Assembly (NCBI GenBank): GCA_963825325.1
Contig: CAWGSU010000006.1
Span: forward strand, 231,978-295,977
From: an uncultured Actinomycetes bacterium
GTDB taxonomy: Bacteria > Actinomycetota > Thermoleophilia > Gaiellales > JAICJC01
Direction: 5' to 3'
DNA: 64,000 bases
In this document: positions 37,881 to 46,689 of the stretch, piece by piece
Numbering within the stretch: the stretch's first letter is position 1
Layout of the letters: each line of letters begins with the position of its first letter
Translations under genes and position numbers: made by a program
Notes under the pieces: model-generated
The model's input: the letters and a program-made list of their open reading frames with translations, nothing else
What the model was told of the DNA's origin: nothing
Database searches by the model: none

Positions 37881-38318
37881 TCAGGGCCGCGGCGAGCCCG
37901 CCGCGGCGCGTGCCTGCGCCTCGGTCTCGTGCGAGCTCGCCCGCCACACCATGCCGTCGCGCAGCGCGACCATCCACACGACCTGGTAGTCGCGCATGCC
38001 GCGGGCCGGCTCGGAGAGCTGCATCCGCCCGTACGCGAGCCACACCGCCGGCGCGGCCTCCTGCACCCTGTGCAGATAGGCGCGATACGACCCGGCCGTG
38101 CGCCGGTACCAGCGCAGCACCGCCTCGCGGCCGTGCAGCCGCAGCGCGGACTCGACGAACGCCGAGATCCGCACCTCGATGTCGGGGTGGAGCGCGGCCT
38201 GGAGCCGGACGACGTCGCCCTCGACGAAGGCGCGGATCACCTGCCCGGCGTCGCCGGGATCGTCGCCACCTGGTGCCGTCCGCTCGCCGTCCGCCAAAGC
38301 CCGGCGACGATAGCGCAC
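37881..38318 (-). CDS. SnoaL/NTF2-like protein
   Basis: AFVEGDV..LHPDIE, HGREAV, LRDG; start uncertain. Confidence 0.65.
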   Translation of the reverse strand: MRYRRRALADGERTAPGGDDPGDAGQVIRAFVEGDVVRLQAALHPDIEVRISAFVESALRLHGREAVLRWYRRTAGSYRAYLHRVQEAAPAVWLAYGRMQLSEPARGMRDYQVVWMVALRDGMVWRASSHETEAQARAAAGSPRP

Positions 38319-38328
38319 CAGGGCCGGT

Positions 38329-38493
38329 TTAGAGCGAGCTGATGACGTTCGAGAGCGTGTTCGAGATGGCCGTGCTGAGCAGACCGAGGGTGATCACGAC
38401 CGCGATGGTGATGACGCCCAGGACGACGGCGTACTCCGCCATGGTCTGGCCGGACTCGTGCGACGATCCGAGGTGCAGGAGGCGCTCGATCAT
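38329..38493 (-). CDS. flp: Flp family type IVb prepilin (54 aa, not in ORF track)
   Basis: MIERLLHLGSSHESG|QTMAEYAVVLGVITIAVVITLGLLSTAISNTLSNVISSL with the canonical G|xxxxEY Flp motif; SD GAAGGGGG. Confidence 0.92.
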   Translation of the reverse strand: MIERLLHLGSSHESGQTMAEYAVVLGVITIAVVITLGLLSTAISNTLSNVISSL

Positions 38494-38614
38494 GGTGACC
38501 CCCTTCTGGGTTTGGGAGTGCCGCTTCGGTGGTGTATCGGTATCCGCTCAAATGCGGCGATCACCCGCCCGGGGGCGCCGCCCTACCGCAAGCCGTGCTC
38601 CTTCGGGGGCATCC

Positions 38615-38642
38615 TCAAGTCACCCTTTCGACATGCCGATAC
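38615..38642 (+). promoter_or_regulatory. sigma-28/WhiG-type promoter of rfbH
   Basis: TCAAG-N15-GCCGATAC, 9 nt before ATG. Confidence 0.65.
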
Positions 38643-38651
38643 GCCGTCGAG

Positions 38652-39977
38652 ATGACGCCGGACCCCCGCACGACCCGCATCCTCGAGCTGGTCGCCGAGT
38701 ACGCGCGCGACCGCCACGCGCCGCAGCCGTTCGACCCGTCGGCGCCGCGGGTGCCGTGCTCGGGGCGCGTCTTCGGCGCCGAGGAGGTCGTCGAGCTCGT
38801 CCGCTCGAGCCTGGACTTCTGGCTCACCCACGGGCCCGAGGCGGCCGCCTTCGAGCGCAGGCTGCGCGAGGTCACCGGCCACCGCCACGCCCTGCTCGTC
38901 AACTCCGGCTCGTCGGCCAACCTGCTCGCGCTCACGGCGCTGACCTCGCCGCGCCTGCGCGACCGCCGCCTCGTCCCGGGAGACGAGGTGATCACGGTGG
39001 CGGCCGGCTTCCCGACGACCGTGAACCCGATCATCCAGAACGGCCTCGTGCCCGTGTTCGTGGACGTCACGCTGCCGGAGTACAACATCGACGTGACCCG
39101 GCTCGAGGCGGCGGTGAGCGATCGCACGCGGGCGGTGATGGTCGCCCACACGCTCGGCAACCCGTTCGATCTCGACGCCGTCGCGGCGTTCTGCAGGCGC
39201 CACGGCCTCTGGCTCGTCGAGGACTGCTGCGACGCGCTCGGCTCGACCTGGCACGGCCGCAGCGTCGGCACGTTCGGCGACCTTGCCACGCTCTCGTTCT
39301 ACCCCGCCCACCAGATCACCCTCGGCGAGGGCGGCGCCGTCCTCACCGACCGGCCGCTGCTGAAGAAGGTCGTCGAGTCGTTCCGCGACTGGGGCCGCGA
39401 CTGCTGGTGTGAGCCCGGCGCCGAGAACACCTGCGGACAGCGGTTCTCGTGCCAGCACGGCTCGCTGCCCTTCGGCTCCGACCACAAGTACGTCTACTCG
39501 CACCTGGGGTACAACCTGAAGGCGACCGATATGCAGGCCGCGATCGGCCTCGCCCAGCTCGACCGGCTCGAGTCGTTCGTCGCCACGCGGCGCACCAACC
39601 ACGCCTTTCTGCGCGAGGCGCTCGCCCCCCACGCCGACGTGCTCGTGCTGCCCGATCCGACGCCCGGCGCCGAGCCGTGCTGGTTCGGGTTCGCCGTCAC
39701 GGTGCGCCCCGACGCCGGCTTCACCCGCCGCGACCTCGTCACCCACCTGCACGCGCGCGGGATCGACTCGCGCCAGCTGATGGGCGGAAACCTGCTGCGC
39801 CAGCCCGCCTACGCGGGCGTCACGCACCGCGTTGCCGGCGGCCTCGAGACGACCGACCTGATCGCCGAGCGCTCGTTCTGGATCGGCTGCTACCCCGGCC
39901 TCGACCGCGCCGCGCTCGAGTATGTGGCCGAGACCTTCGCGGGGTTCCGCGCCGGCTCCGCCGCCCGCGCGGCCTGA
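38652..39977 (+). CDS. rfbH: CDP-4-keto-6-deoxyglucose 3-dehydrase (E1, DdhC)
   Basis: [13 protein letters not shown] with His in place of the PLP Lys, EDCCD, RDCWC...TCG Fe-S cysteines, [14 protein letters not shown]. Confidence 0.93.
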   Translation: MTPDPRTTRILELVAEYARDRHAPQPFDPSAPRVPCSGRVFGAEEVVELVRSSLDFWLTHGPEAAAFERRLREVTGHRHALLVNSGSSANLLALTALTSPRLRDRRLVPGDEVITVAAGFPTTVNPIIQNGLVPVFVDVTLPEYNIDVTRLEAAVSDRTRAVMVAHTLGNPFDLDAVAAFCRRHGLWLVEDCCDALGSTWHGRSVGTFGDLATLSFYPAHQITLGEGGAVLTDRPLLKKVVESFRDWGRDCWCEPGAENTCGQRFSCQHGSLPFGSDHKYVYSHLGYNLKATDMQAAIGLAQLDRLESFVATRRTNHAFLREALAPHADVLVLPDPTPGAEPCWFGFAVTVRPDAGFTRRDLVTHLHARGIDSRQLMGGNLLRQPAYAGVTHRVAGGLETTDLIAERSFWIGCYPGLDRAALEYVAETFAGFRAGSAARAA

Positions 39978-40001
39978 TCGATCCGGCCCGGCTCTCCGGC
40001 G

Positions 40002-41810
40002 CTATGCAGCCTTGCCGACCGCCGAGGCGGCCACGGCGCGGCGGATCTCCTCGCCGATGCGGGCGACCTGGTCGCGGCGCAGGCGCACGCCGCTCGGGAG
40101 GTTGATGCCGCGCTCGCCGATCGTGTTCGCCACCGGCGCCGGCACGGCGCGGCGCTCGTCCCAGATCGGGTAGGTGCTGATGAGTGGGAACGTCGGCCGG
40201 GTGTCGATGCCCGCGGCGGCGAGTGCGGCGCGCATACCCTCGCGGTCGATCCCGCAGGCCGGGTCGACGAGGATGCTCGTCATCCAGTAGATGCTGCGCG
40301 CCCACTCGGCCTCGTGGTTCAGGGTGATGCCGGGGACGCCGTCGAGCTCCTCGGCGTACCAGGCGAAGATCTCGCGCTTGGCCTCGATCAGGTGGTCGAC
40401 GCGGTCGAGCTGGCCGAGGCCGATCGCGGCGGCCACGTTCGGGAGCTTGTACTTGAGGCCATGGGCGTCGATCCAGAACCCCCTCGAGCGCTCGACGCCG
40501 AGATCCCAGGCCTTGTAGGCGCGGGCGTAGACGTCGGGGTCGTTCGTGACCAGCATGCCGCCTTCGCCGGTGACGAGCAGCTTCGCCCCCTGAAAGCTGA
40601 ACGCGCCCGCGGTGCCGAGCGCGCCGACGCGGCGGCCGCGCAGCTCGGCGCCGATCGCGGGCGCGGCATCCTCGATCAGCGGCAGCCCATGGCGGTCGGC
40701 AACGGCCTGAAGTGCGTGCATGTCGGCCGGATGGCCGTAGAGATGCACGGGCACGATCGCCTTCGTGCGCTCGGTGATCGCGGAGTCGACAGACGCCGCG
40801 TCCAGGCACCAGCTGATGGGCTCGACGTCCGCGAAGACGGGCGTCGCGCCGGTGTAGGAGACGGCTTTGGCGGTGGCCACCCAGGTCTGCTCGGGCACGA
40901 TCACCTCGTCGCCCGGGCCGAGGCCGAGCGCGACCATCGCCAGGTGCAGGGCGCCGGTGCAGCTCGACGTGGCGATCGCGTACTCGGCGCCGACGTACTC
41001 GGCGAACTCGCGCTCGAACCGGGTGATGTAGCCGCTCCAGCGCCGGTTCCAGCCGTGCCGGGCGGCGTCGGTGGCGTAGGCGACCTCGCGCGGCGTGATC
41101 GACGGCCCGGCGGTCAGGATCGGCTCGCCGCTGTCCGCCCGCCCGGGGACCCACTCCATGCCGAGGAACCAGCGGTCGGCGGGTGCGCCCGCTGCGGGCA
41201 CATACCGCACCGTCTCGCCATCGAGCTCTCGCCGAAGCGGCGTGCGGGCGCCGTCCCGGAACCCGAGCCTGCGGTAGAAGCCGATCGCGTGCGCGTTGTC
41301 TGCGAACACCCGCAGATGGATCCGCGCGGGCCGGAAGCAGTCCTGCGCCCAGGCCAGGAGCCCCTCGAGCGCTGCGCCCATCAGGCCCGGCTGCGCGCCC
41401 TGCTCGCCACGCACGACGTTGTCGACCTCGAGCGAGCGGTCGGTGCTTGACGCCGACGCGAAGCCGAGATGGCCGACGGTGTGGCCGAAGCGATCCTGAA
41501 CCAGGAACAGGATCCGGTCGGGCACGTCCAGGAGGCCGTGCCGCAGCCACGTCGCCGTCCCGGCCTGCGTGACGGGGAACTGGGTCGGGAAGGCGAAGGC
41601 GTTCTCCTCGCGCCAGCGCGCGAGCGCGCCGATCAGCCGCTCGTCGCCGGCGTGCAGCTCGCAGACCGGCACGAGCATCCCCGCACCTGCGGCCAGCGGT
41701 ACCGAGCGCGCGACGAGCTCCTCGAGCGTCGCCGCGGCCTTCATGAACGCGAGCTCGTGGCGCACGGCCGCGCGGAACACCTCGCCCCGCCGGCTCACGT
41801 CGTCGTGCAT
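40002..41810 (-). CDS. GNAT + DegT/DnrJ sugar aminotransferase fusion
   Basis: N-terminal GNAT (VDNVVRG, LRVFADN.HAIGFYRRLGF); C-terminal SSCTGAL, EDAA, SFQGAKLLVTGEGG. Confidence 0.88.
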   Translation of the reverse strand: MHDDVSRRGEVFRAAVRHELAFMKAAATLEELVARSVPLAAGAGMLVPVCELHAGDERLIGALARWREENAFAFPTQFPVTQAGTATWLRHGLLDVPDRILFLVQDRFGHTVGHLGFASASSTDRSLEVDNVVRGEQGAQPGLMGAALEGLLAWAQDCFRPARIHLRVFADNAHAIGFYRRLGFRDGARTPLRRELDGETVRYVPAAGAPADRWFLGMEWVPGRADSGEPILTAGPSITPREVAYATDAARHGWNRRWSGYITRFEREFAEYVGAEYAIATSSCTGALHLAMVALGLGPGDEVIVPEQTWVATAKAVSYTGATPVFADVEPISWCLDAASVDSAITERTKAIVPVHLYGHPADMHALQAVADRHGLPLIEDAAPAIGAELRGRRVGALGTAGAFSFQGAKLLVTGEGGMLVTNDPDVYARAYKAWDLGVERSRGFWIDAHGLKYKLPNVAAAIGLGQLDRVDHLIEAKREIFAWYAEELDGVPGITLNHEAEWARSIYWMTSILVDPACGIDREGMRAALAAAGIDTRPTFPLISTYPIWDERRAVPAPVANTIGERGINLPSGVRLRRDQVARIGEEIRRAVAASAVGKAA

Positions 41811-42736
41811 GCCGGCCTCCCGTCGAGCAGGTCGCGGGCGGTCGCGGCGACGGCGCCTGCGGAGGCGCCGTAGTGGCCGACGAGATGGTCGCGCGAGCCG
41901 ACGGTGTGCGCGAACGTGTCCGGGAAGCCGACGCGGCGCAGCACGGCGCCGACGCCTGCCTCGGCGAGCGCCTCGGCGGCGGCCGAGCCGAAGCCGGCCA
42001 CGATCGAGTGCTCCTCGACGGTGACGACGGCGCGGGTACGGGCCGCGGCAGCGACCAGCGCGGCGGCGTCGAACGGCTTCACCGTGCCGAAGTGGAGCAG
42101 CGTGGCGGCGATTCCCTCGGCGGCGAGCAGGTCGGCGGCAGCGGTCGCCTCGCGCAGCGCGGTGCCCGTGGCCGCGATGGTGACGTCGCCGCCGCTGCGC
42201 AGCTCGAGCGCGTGGCCGATCGCGAAGGAGGCGTCGGCGGGGAGCAGCGCGGGTTCGTGGTTCTTGCCCAGCCGCAGGTACACCGGCCCCTCGTGCGCGG
42301 CCGCAGCGCGGACGGCGCGTCCGGCCTCGGCCGGGTCACCCGGGGCGACGACGGTCATGCCCGGCAGCACCCGCATCAGCGCGAGGTCGTCGATGGCGTG
42401 GTGGGTCGGCCCGAGCGTCCCGTAGGAGACGCCGCTGCCGACGCCGACGAGCTTCACGTTGGCCTCGGCGCAGGCGACGTCGACCCGCACCTGGTCGTGC
42501 GGCCGCGACGTGATGAACGGGGCGATCGAGTAGGCGAACGGCACCTTGCCCGCGTAGGCGAGCCCGGCGGCGACGCCGACGAGCGTCTGCTCGGCGATGC
42601 CGACGTTCAGGTAGCGCCCGGGGGCGACGGCCTCGAACGGCTCGAAGAGACCCACCCCGAGGTCGCCCGTGAGCGCCCACACGCGCTCGTCCGCAGCGCC
42701 GACCTCGGTGAGCGCGCGGAAGAAGGCGTCCCTCAC
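41795..42736 (-). CDS. split transketolase, C-terminal (pyrimidine-binding) subunit
   Basis: NVGIAEQ, GPTHHAIDD, GPVYLRLGK, VEEHS. Confidence 0.92.
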   Translation of the reverse strand: MRDAFFRALTEVGAADERVWALTGDLGVGLFEPFEAVAPGRYLNVGIAEQTLVGVAAGLAYAGKVPFAYSIAPFITSRPHDQVRVDVACAEANVKLVGVGSGVSYGTLGPTHHAIDDLALMRVLPGMTVVAPGDPAEAGRAVRAAAAHEGPVYLRLGKNHEPALLPADASFAIGHALELRSGGDVTIAATGTALREATAAADLLAAEGIAATLLHFGTVKPFDAAALVAAAARTRAVVTVEEHSIVAGFGSAAAEALAEAGVGAVLRRVGFPDTFAHTVGSRDHLVGHYGASAGAVAATARDLLDGRPACTTT

Positions 42737-43527
42737 GCCGCCGCCTGCCGTTCGTCGAGGCCGGCGAAGAGGAGGTCGCGCTCGTGCGGCCGGAACGATC
42801 GGTAGTGCGACATGAACTCGCCCTCGAGCACGGGCACGCCGTAGCCCTTGACCGTGTGGGCGACGATCACCCGCGGCCGGAACCAGCCCCCCGCGAGCCG
42901 CTGCTCGAGCGCGGCGTGGTCGTGGCCGTCGACCTCGTCGACCGCCCAGCCGAAGGCGCGGAACCTGTCGGCGAGCGGCCCCAGGGAGCAGACGTCCTGC
43001 ACCCTCCCGAGGCCCTGGAACCCGTTCGCGTCGACGATCAAGGCGATGCCGCGGATGCCCAGATGGCCCGCGAGCGCGACGGCCTCCCAGATCGAGCCCT
43101 CGTTCAGCTCGCCGTCGCCGACCAGGCAGTACGTGCGCCGGTCGCGTGCGTCGCTGCGGTCGGCGAGCGCGTAGCCAAGGGCGACGGCGACGCCGTGGCC
43201 AAGCGAGCCCGCGGTGACCTCGACGCCGGGGACGTGGCGCTCGGGATGGCCCGCGAACGCGCCCCCGTCGCTGCAGTAGCCGGCGATCACCTCGCGCTCG
43301 TCGAGCGCGCCGGTGCGGGCGAGCACGGCGTAGAGCGCCGATGCGGCGTGGCCCTTGCTGAGCAGGAAGCGGTCGCCCGCCTCCGCCCGCAGGGTGCGGA
43401 AGTAGAGCACCGTCAGGATGTCGACGATCGAGAGCGAGCTGCCGATGTGGCAGGTGCCCGCGGCCAGGGCGGCCTCGAGCACGATCCGGCGCACGGCGTC
43501 GGCCTCGACCCGCAGGTCGGCGCTCAC
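42733..43527 (-). CDS. split transketolase, N-terminal ThDP-binding subunit
   Basis: HIGSSLS, LSKGHA, GSLGHG, GDGELNEGSIWEA, TVKGYG. Confidence 0.92.
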   Translation of the reverse strand: MSADLRVEADAVRRIVLEAALAAGTCHIGSSLSIVDILTVLYFRTLRAEAGDRFLLSKGHAASALYAVLARTGALDEREVIAGYCSDGGAFAGHPERHVPGVEVTAGSLGHGVAVALGYALADRSDARDRRTYCLVGDGELNEGSIWEAVALAGHLGIRGIALIVDANGFQGLGRVQDVCSLGPLADRFRAFGWAVDEVDGHDHAALEQRLAGGWFRPRVIVAHTVKGYGVPVLEGEFMSHYRSFRPHERDLLFAGLDERQAAA

Positions 43528-44378
43528 GCGGCCGCCTCGAGGTCGCTGCGGCGGCGGCGCGGGCTCGGCGCAACGCGCCCCAGGCGGTCGTCCCAGATCC
43601 GCCACGGCGCCCGGCCGCTGTCCCACAGGCCGCGCAGGAGCTCCACGTCGCGCACCGTGTCGGCGCACTGCCAGAAGCCGCCGTGCTCGTAGACCATCAG
43701 CTCGCCGTCGCGGGCAAGACCCTCGAGCGGCTCGCGCTCGAGCACACAGCCGGCGTCGAACTCCAGCCGTTCGAGCACCCTGCGGTCGAAGATGAAGAAC
43801 CCGCCCGAGACGAGCCCCGACCCACCGGCCGGCTTCTCGGCGAAGCGGGCCACCCGGGCGCTCGTGTGCACGAGCTCGCCGAACCGCGACGGCGGGTGCA
43901 CGCCGGTCAGCGTCGCGAGCTTGCCATGGGAGCGGTGAAACTCGAGCGCGGCGGCCACGTCGATGTCGGCCAGGCCGTCGCCGTAGGTGCACAGGAACAG
44001 GTCGCCGGCCAGGTGATGGGCCACGCGCTTCACACGGGCGCCGGTCATCGAGTCGTCACCCGTGTCCACCAGCGTGACGTTCCAGTCCTCGCTCTCGGAC
44101 GAGTGGTACTCGACGTCGCCGCTGCGCAGGTTGACGCTCACGTCGGCGGCCAGGCTGCGGTACTCGAGGAAGTACTGCTTGATCATCGCGCCGCGGTAGC
44201 CGAGGCAGCAGACGAAGTCGGTGAGACCGGCGGCCGCGTAGATCTTCATGATGTGCCAGAGCAGCGGGCGGCCGCCGACCTCGACCATCGGCTTGGGCCG
44301 GTACTCGGTCTCCTCGCGCATGCGGGTACCCTGGCCACCGCACAGGATGACGACCTTGGCGTTCGATGAGGGGGGCAT
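43524..44378 (-). CDS. rfbF: glucose-1-phosphate cytidylyltransferase
   Basis: ILCGGQGTRMREET..PKPMVEVG, TYGDG, GFWQCADT.RD. Confidence 0.95.
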   Translation of the reverse strand: MPPSSNAKVVILCGGQGTRMREETEYRPKPMVEVGGRPLLWHIMKIYAAAGLTDFVCCLGYRGAMIKQYFLEYRSLAADVSVNLRSGDVEYHSSESEDWNVTLVDTGDDSMTGARVKRVAHHLAGDLFLCTYGDGLADIDVAAALEFHRSHGKLATLTGVHPPSRFGELVHTSARVARFAEKPAGGSGLVSGGFFIFDRRVLERLEFDAGCVLEREPLEGLARDGELMVYEHGGFWQCADTVRDVELLRGLWDSGRAPWRIWDDRLGRVAPSPRRRRSDLEAAA

Positions 44379-44389
44379 CGTAGGACCCT

Positions 44390-44417
44390 CAATCGGTGCC
44401 GCGGGCGCGAAGCTTTA
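44390..44417 (-). promoter_or_regulatory. sigma-28/WhiG-type promoter of the rfbF-transketolase-aminotransferase operon
   Basis: TAAAG-N15-ACCGATTG on the minus strand. Confidence 0.65.
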
Positions 44418-44434
44418 GCCGCGCGCGCGGGCGC

Positions 44435-44462
44435 TCAAGTTCGCCTCCGGGATCGCCGATGG
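44435..44462 (+). promoter_or_regulatory. sigma-28/WhiG-type promoter of the rfbG-glycosyltransferase operon
   Basis: TCAAG-N15-GCCGATGG, 7 nt before ATG 44470. Confidence 0.65.
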
Positions 44463-44469
44463 GGCTCGC

Positions 44470-45498
44470 ATGAGCGCTCCCCCCGCGCGCATGCCCGCAT
44501 CCCCCGACGGCTCCTTCTGGAGCGAGCGCCCCGTGCTCGTCACGGGAGCCACCGGCCTGCTCGGATCGTGGCTCTGCGAGGCGCTCGTGGCCCGTGGAGC
44601 CGAGGTGGTCGCACTCGTCCGCGACCTCGTGCCGCAGAGCCGGTTCTTCACCGGCGCCTCGGGCAGCCGGTGCACGACGGTGTTCGGCGACCTGCGCGAC
44701 GGCCGGCTGATCGAGCGCGTCCTGGCCGAGTACGAGATCGACGCGGTGTTCCATCTCGGGGCGCAGACGATCGTCGAGCACGCCCTGCGCGACCCGGCCA
44801 ACACGATGCGCTCGAACGTCGAGGGCACATGGGAGGTGCTGGACGCGTGCCGGCGCAGCGGCCGCCCGGCGCGGATCGTCGTCGCCTCGTCGGACAAGGC
44901 ATACGGCACCCAGCCCGACCTGCCCTACCAGGAGCACCATCCGCTGCGTGGCCGCCATCCCTACGACGTCTCCAAGAGCTGCGCCGACCTGATCGCGCAG
45001 AGCTACGCCGCCACGTTCGGCCTGCCGGTCGCGATCACCCGCTGCGGCAACCTGTACGGCGGCGGCGACCTGAACTACAGCCGCCTCGTCCCCGGCACGA
45101 TCCGCTCCGCCCTGCAAGGGCAGCGGCCCGTGCTGCGCAGCGACGGCACCCTGATCCGCGACTACCTCTACGTCGAGGACGCCGCCCTGGCCTACATCGC
45201 CCTCGCCGAGCGCGCCCACGAGCCCGGGATCGCGGGCGAGGCCTGGAACTACTCCAACGAGTTGCAGCTGACGGCGACCGCGATGACGCTGCGCGTGCTC
45301 GCCGCCTGTGGCCGCACCGACCTGCAGCCCGACATCCGCGGCGAGGCCGTGCACGAGATCGCCCACCAGTACCTGTCGGCGCAGAAGGCCCGTGAGCGGC
45401 TCGGCTGGACGCCGGACTACGGCCTCGACGAGGGCCTGCGGCGCACGGTCGCGTGGTACCGCGGCCACCTCGGCGGCAGCGACCGGCTGGCCGCATGA
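44470..45498 (+). CDS. rfbG: NDP-sugar 4,6-dehydratase (CDP-glucose 4,6-dehydratase-like)
   Basis: [38 protein letters not shown]; adjacent to rfbF. Confidence 0.8.
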   Translation: MSAPPARMPASPDGSFWSERPVLVTGATGLLGSWLCEALVARGAEVVALVRDLVPQSRFFTGASGSRCTTVFGDLRDGRLIERVLAEYEIDAVFHLGAQTIVEHALRDPANTMRSNVEGTWEVLDACRRSGRPARIVVASSDKAYGTQPDLPYQEHHPLRGRHPYDVSKSCADLIAQSYAATFGLPVAITRCGNLYGGGDLNYSRLVPGTIRSALQGQRPVLRSDGTLIRDYLYVEDAALAYIALAERAHEPGIAGEAWNYSNELQLTATAMTLRVLAACGRTDLQPDIRGEAVHEIAHQYLSAQKARERLGWTPDYGLDEGLRRTVAWYRGHLGGSDRLAA

Positions 45499-46689
45499 GC
45501 CGCCCGCTGCTTGCGATCTGCATCCCGACGTACAACCGGGCGGCGGCGCTCGGCCGGCTGCTGGAACGGCTGCGGGACGACCTCCGAGGCTCGGCCGACG
45601 TCGTGGTACATGTCTCTGACAACGCGTCGCCGGACGAAACCCCCGAGCTGCTCGAGCGGATGGCGGCCGCGATGCCGGCTCTGCGGTGGTACCGGCAGGA
45701 GACGAACGTCGGCGTCGTCAGGAACCACCGCTGGCTGGTCGCAAACGCGCCGGAGTGCGACTACCTGTGGCTCATGGGCGACGACGATGAGCCCGAGCCG
45801 GGGGCGATCGCCTACATCCTCGAACTGCTGCGGACGCATCGGCCCGCGTGGCTGCATCTGCCGCACCGTTTCATCCACCCTGACGGGCGCGTGAAGGTCG
45901 AGTCGCGCCGTCCGCAGGCCCCCGAGGTGCACGCCGACCCCGGCCGCATGTGGGTCGCGCAGACGCACTGGCTGACATTCCTGTCGGCGTCGATCGTCCG
46001 CCGCGATCAGCTCCGCGCCGTCGAGGCCGAGTCGACCAGCGAGAACATGTACTTCCCGATGATCTGGTACGTCCAGGCGTCGCTCGACGGCCCGTGCGTC
46101 GTCGCCGATCGCCTGCTCGTCTGGGGCTCGACCAACATCTCCTGGGGCGCGCGCATGGCCGAGACGATGACTCACCACTTCGTGGGGCTGTATGACGAGG
46201 CCTTCGCGGGGCTCGTCACGCCGCGAGGAGTTCGGCCGCAGCATGGACACGCACTACACCGGCGACCACTACTGGTGCTTCAAGGAGGCCGGCGTCGAGT
46301 TCCTGATCCAGACGGTGCGGCGGTTCCCGCACAGCCGCGTGCTGCGCCGGTACCTGTGGTCGCTCGGCCGAGAGCTGCGTGATCCGCGCTGCGTCGCCGA
46401 GGTCGCCGCCGCGACCGCAGCCGCCGGCGACGACGCGGCCGCGAAGGCGCTGATCGAGCAGGGCGAGGCGGCGTTCGGGCGGGGCGACGCCGCGGCCGCC
46501 GCGCAGATCTTCACCCGGGCCCTCGAAGAGGCGCCCGCGACGGCCGAGGCCTGGAACGACCTTGCGGTCGCGCTGCACGCGCTCGGCTCGCCCGAGGCGC
46601 GCATCGCAGTCGCCACTGCGGTCGAGCTCGATCCGGCCGACGAAAACGCCTGGTGCAACCACGTCGCGATCATGGCGGCAGCGGCGTGA
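45495..46689 (+). pseudogene. GT2 glycosyltransferase with C-terminal TPR, one-base frameshift near 46221
   Basis: ICIPTYNR, SDNAS, GDDD; the frame switches at GLVT/REEF into a TPR (AEAWNDLAVAL, ELDP..ENAW.N). May be a sequencing indel. Confidence 0.75.
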
